This document shows positions 7,177 to 10,486 of a stretch of DNA of 10,486 bases, one piece after another. This stretch comes from Promethearchaeota archaeon (GTDB lineage Archaea; Asgardarchaeota; Lokiarchaeia; Sigyniarchaeales; SOKP01): the NCBI GenBank assembly GCA_016839705.1, contig JAEOTR010000015.1:1-10486 (forward strand). Direction: 5' to 3'. How positions within the stretch are numbered: the stretch's first letter is position 1; each line of letters opens with the position of its first letter. A program made the position numbers and the translations under genes. A model generated the notes under the pieces. The model was given only the letters and a program-made list of their open reading frames with translations. It did not search any database and was not told the origin of the DNA.

Positions 7177-7243
7177 AATTGTTCTAGCACTATAACAATT
7201 CCTTGACACTTCGCGAGACTTTCGAACTTTCCACTAAGTCTCG
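7177..7243. promoter_or_regulatory. Two inverted repeats upstream of the kinase/regulator pair
   Basis: AATTGTTcTAG-CA-CTAtAACAATT (7177-7200, 11-bp arms, one mismatch) and CGAGACTT-N14-AAGTCTCG (7214-7243, perfect 8-bp arms). Confidence 0.45.
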
Positions 7244-7246
7244 ATG

Positions 7247-7260
7247 TAAAAACTATAAAA
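7247..7260 (+). promoter_or_regulatory. Candidate archaeal BRE/TATA box for the kinase operon
   Basis: A-rich run followed by TATAAAA (7254-7260), about 55 nt before ATG 7316. Weak evidence in an AT-rich genome. Confidence 0.3.
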
Positions 7261-7315
7261 CGAATTATACGATACTTAAAGTAACACACAAACTCAAAAA
7301 AAAAGCGGAAAGATT

Positions 7316-8065
7316 ATGCAAGAAGTAGAAAATGTATTTGAGAATGCATATTACCGAACGAAGTGCATTAAAGGGTTATTTATCCACGATATTTCAAATT
7401 TATTTCAAATAATCAGTAATTCTGTAGAGCTCTGTGAATCACTGTTTCGTGGTGAATTAAAAAAAGAGGATATCATGGAATATTTCAAAATCATCGCTCA
7501 GCAATTAACCCGAGGTAAGAAGTTAATTCGAAATGTAAGGAATCTTTCGGATTTAGAAGAATATGAACTGCCTTTAGAACCGGTAGAAGTACTTCCTATC
7601 CTAAAAAGTGCAATTAATTTTACTCGTATTAGTTTTCCTCAAAAGAATATTGAAATTAAAGTTATAACAGATAACGGAAAGCATTTCGCAATAGCCAATG
7701 AGCTTTTGGGCGAAATATTTGAAAACATACTCATAAACTCTATTAAATATAATCGAAATAAGCTTATTCAAATTGAGGTAGAAATATCTACAATTGAAAC
7801 TCAGTACGAGGACTATGTGAAGATCGAGTTCAAAGACAATGGTATAGGTATAGATGATGCTAGAAAAGCGATGATATTTCAAGAAGTTCCTTTTAAACGA
7901 AGACATTCTAAGGGTATGGGAATCGGGCTTTCATTGGTAGCAAAATTAATAGAATTGTACGATGGAGAGATTTGGGTTGAAAATCGTATAAAGGGAGATT
8001 ATACACAGGGGAGCAACTTCGTAATCTTAATTCCGTTAGCATCAAAAGAATGTGATGTATTATGA
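7316..8065 (+). CDS. Histidine kinase (DHp + HATPase_c) without sensor domain
   Basis: H-box FIHDISNLFQII (His24, 7385-7387), N-box FENILINSIKYN, G1 FKDNGIGI, F-box MIFQ, G2 GMGIGLSLV and terminal GSNFVILIP. An in-frame TAA at 7277-7279 limits any upstream extension. Confidence 0.93.
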   Translation: MQEVENVFENAYYRTKCIKGLFIHDISNLFQIISNSVELCESLFRGELKKEDIMEYFKIIAQQLTRGKKLIRNVRNLSDLEEYELPLEPVEVLPILKSAINFTRISFPQKNIEIKVITDNGKHFAIANELLGEIFENILINSIKYNRNKLIQIEVEISTIETQYEDYVKIEFKDNGIGIDDARKAMIFQEVPFKRRHSKGMGIGLSLVAKLIELYDGEIWVENRIKGDYTQGSNFVILIPLASKECDVL

Positions 8066-8901
8066 CAGATAGTTATGAAAGGATAAAATCAGATAAATTG
8101 AAGAAGGAAATAAAATGGTATACGTATGTAGATTCGTGCCTTAACTCTAAATTACAGGATTTCATGGACGAATATGAAATTAAGAATCAGGCGAAAGTAA
8201 TAAGAAATTTTGTAAATTACGGCATAGATTATTTTACTGCTATGCTTAAGAAAAATTTACATAACGATCCTCAAGGTTACAATGAAAGCGAACTTGATGA
8301 TTTAATAAGAAAGGCAATAGGCGCATACGAAATTGGAAATGGCTTTCAGGAAGAAATAAAGCAAAGAATCTCGCCCCTTAAGTTATCACTCTTAATGTTA
8401 AATAATTATATCGAAGAAAAAGAAAAATTTTCGGAGGATATCCAGAATGCATTAAGGGCTTTAGAAGATTTAGAAAGTTCTGTGAAACAGCATTTCGAGG
8501 AGCCAAATATAAAAAGATTCGTAAAAAAAATTGATATCTTATATATTGAAGATAATGAATTAGAGCGAAAAACTATTGATCAATTTTATAAAACCCAGGG
8601 TGTAGCTATAAATTCAGTGGAGACTTCTGATGAAGCTTTGTATCTTCTGAAGACTCTAACGCCGAGAGCTATATTACTTGATATTAATTTGAGGACAAGC
8701 AATATAAACGGCGATCAATTATGCCAAATGCTAAAATCGAACGGTCAATATAATTCAATCCCTATAATTCTAATATCGGCGATTTTTTCGGAAAAGGAAA
8801 AAGAGACAATTTTAACAAGCACGGGAGCAGATGATATAATTTTTAAACCTATTGACAAATTGAAAGAATTAGATGTTCTGTTCAAATATCTAAAACACTA
8901 A
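8062..8901 (+). CDS. Response regulator with C-terminal receiver domain and N-terminal RHH-like and DHp-like segments
   Basis: Receiver motifs ILYIEDN, ILLDINL (phosphoacceptor Asp 8680-8682), ILISA and FKP are intact. ATGA overlap with the kinase stop (8062-8065). Confidence 0.9.
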   Translation: MTDSYERIKSDKLKKEIKWYTYVDSCLNSKLQDFMDEYEIKNQAKVIRNFVNYGIDYFTAMLKKNLHNDPQGYNESELDDLIRKAIGAYEIGNGFQEEIKQRISPLKLSLLMLNNYIEEKEKFSEDIQNALRALEDLESSVKQHFEEPNIKRFVKKIDILYIEDNELERKTIDQFYKTQGVAINSVETSDEALYLLKTLTPRAILLDINLRTSNINGDQLCQMLKSNGQYNSIPIILISAIFSEKEKETILTSTGADDIIFKPIDKLKELDVLFKYLKH

Positions 8902-8929
8902 TTTGGATGGAATATCAACCAAAAAATTA

Positions 8930-8978
8930 TTTTTTTTTTTAAATTATTTTGCTTTTTTTGCTGCTTTCTGTTTTTTTT
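8930..8978 (+). terminator. Oligo-T terminator region after the response regulator
   Basis: T11 at 8930-8940 and further T runs in the gap between convergent genes. Confidence 0.5.
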
Positions 8979-9019
8979 CTCTTCTTGAATAATTTAACAC
9001 CTTTAACCTACAAATTCCT

Positions 9020-10486
9020 TTATGATCGTTTTAGACGCCATGTAAAGAATGAGAGAATATCGGTGATTTCATCGATGAGAGCTGAGAGAGGTTTTCCCAA
9101 TCCATGACCCGCTTTAGCTTCTACCCGAAGTAGAACTGGTTTTTCAGAATTTGAGTATTTTTGCAATAAAGCTGCCATTTTCATGGCGTGACTTGGATCT
9201 ACACGAGAATCTTCAGTTGCAGTATGGAATAATACTGCAGGATAATCAGAACCTCGTTTTACGTGATGATACGGAGAATAAGCAAAGAGCCATTTAAAAT
9301 CTTCAGGTTTTTCAGGGTCACCATACTCAGGGATCCAAGTTTTTCCTAGTGAAAAATTAATATAACGGATCATATCTAGTAAGGGAACATTGCAATATAT
9401 AGCTTCAAACAAATCGGGACGTTGAACACACACAGCACCTACAAGTAGACCTCCATTACTTGCTCCATTAATCGCGAGTTTACTCGGGGACGTGTATCCT
9501 TGCTTAATGAGATATTCAGCTGCTGCGATGAAATCGTCAAAAACATTCTGCTTTTTATTTAATATGCCTGCTTTATGCCATTCTTCTCCAAATTCTCCTC
9601 CCCCCCGAATATTGGGATAAGCTAAAATCCCTCCATTTTCAACCCAAATTTGATTTGTAGGGGAAAAGAAAGGAGTTATACTAATATTAAAACCTCCATA
9701 ACCATACAGTATGGTGGGATTATTTCCATTTAATTCAATATCATTTTTATGAATAATGAACATATGAACTTTAGTGCCATCTTTTGATGAATACCACGCT
9801 TTTGAGACTATTAATTCTATCTTTCCAAGCTTTGGTCGTGCTTCATGAAAAATCGTTAATTTTTCCTTTGGGATATTATATTCATACATAATCGGTGGTT
9901 GAGTAAACGATTGATAATAAAAATATAAATTATCAAATTCCAACTCTCCTGAAAGCGTTTCACCGATAATAGCCCCGTCTTTAGGAATTAAAATATCCTT
10001 CTGTTTAACTCCATCTAAATTATGAACCGTTAAATGACTTGTTGCATTATGCAACCAAAGCGCAATAATTTTATTACTCACTAATTTTAAATCTTGGAGG
10101 ATATTTTCTTCCGGGGAAATTACACTTTCCCAATGTTCAATCTCTAACTTTTTTGATGTTGTTTTGTAAACCCCATACTTTGGGGATTCATGGTTGCTTA
10201 GGAAATACACAAATTTTTCATGCATACGGGGTGAGATCATCCAGTTGCTATCAACAATTATTGAACGAGTTGTCGGGGGATTGGTTGTCAAATCTACAAA
10301 ATACAAGTCTGTTGCTATGAATCGATAACTCACAATGATCATATAAGTCTCATCTTTTGATAAATAAGGATCAGGATACTCATATAAGCGCTCAGGATTT
10401 TCAAAAATAATTGGGTCTTTTTCTGGATTAGTTCCTAATGCATGGTATCGAACATGTGAATGAAAAGTTTCCTCTCCTTCAGGAAC
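9020..10486 (-). CDS. Prolyl oligopeptidase (peptidase S9A), 5' end outside window
   Basis: LYGYGGFNIS, NIRGGGEFGEEWH, nucleophile elbow GASNGG, EDSRVDP (Asp) and AGHG (His). The frame stays open to the window edge (VPEGEETFHSHVRYHALGTNPEKDPIIFENP...), so ATG 10342 is internal. Confidence 0.96.
   Translation of the reverse strand, partial: VPEGEETFHSHVRYHALGTNPEKDPIIFENPERLYEYPDPYLSKDETYMIIVSYRFIATDLYFVDLTTNPPTTRSIIVDSNWMISPRMHEKFVYFLSNHESPKYGVYKTTSKKLEIEHWESVISPEENILQDLKLVSNKIIALWLHNATSHLTVHNLDGVKQKDILIPKDGAIIGETLSGELEFDNLYFYYQSFTQPPIMYEYNIPKEKLTIFHEARPKLGKIELIVSKAWYSSKDGTKVHMFIIHKNDIELNGNNPTILYGYGGFNISITPFFSPTNQIWVENGGILAYPNIRGGGEFGEEWHKAGILNKKQNVFDDFIAAAEYLIKQGYTSPSKLAINGASNGGLLVGAVCVQRPDLFEAIYCNVPLLDMIRYINFSLGKTWIPEYGDPEKPEDFKWLFAYSPYHHVKRGSDYPAVLFHTATEDSRVDPSHAMKMAALLQKYSNSEKPVLLRVEAKAGHGLGKPLSALIDEITDILSFFTWRLKRS

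Noticed and set aside
7203-7208. TTGACA bacterial -35 box
   Set aside because: No -10 element at the right spacing, and the context appears archaeal.
7293-7328. Out-of-frame LKKKAERL over an A9 run, resembling the end of a PAC motif upstream of the kinase
   Set aside because: Too short, and no PAS-like sequence is recognisable further upstream.
7601-7906. 101-aa minus ORF
   Set aside because: Antisense to the kinase.
8944-9018. Lys-rich minus-strand reading (…RREKKQKAAKKAK*) after the peptidase stop
   Set aside because: Explained by T-tracts on the plus strand; no other support for coding.
9020-10486. Functional link of the prolyl oligopeptidase to the signalling genes
   Set aside because: Ordinary, convergently transcribed S9A peptidase with no sequence evidence of coupling.

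Overview
AT-rich window that looks like an Asgard archaeon (Lokiarchaeia-like). This is inferred from gene content, not from a marker gene. Contents in order: (1) the 5'-truncated gene (<1..3693) for a large single-pass surface glycoprotein with at least 8 tandem ~91-aa Ig-like units, an FN3-like domain, a glycine-zipper TM helix and a ~360-aa cytoplasmic tail; (2) a convergent Roadblock/LC7 + Rab-like small GTPase + degenerate second G-domain fusion; (3) a short, probably truncated membrane-protein gene; (4) a stand-alone Roadblock gene; (5) two out-of-frame remnants of secreted-protein genes; (6) a translationally coupled pair of a sensor-less histidine kinase and an unusual response regulator (RHH-like + His-less DHp-like + receiver) preceded by palindromes; (7) a 5'-truncated prolyl oligopeptidase. 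The best novelty candidates are the response regulator architecture, the three-domain GTPase with a non-canonical G3 motif, and the receptor-like protein with a possible dead-nuclease tail. All domain calls are by eye from motifs; no searches were run.
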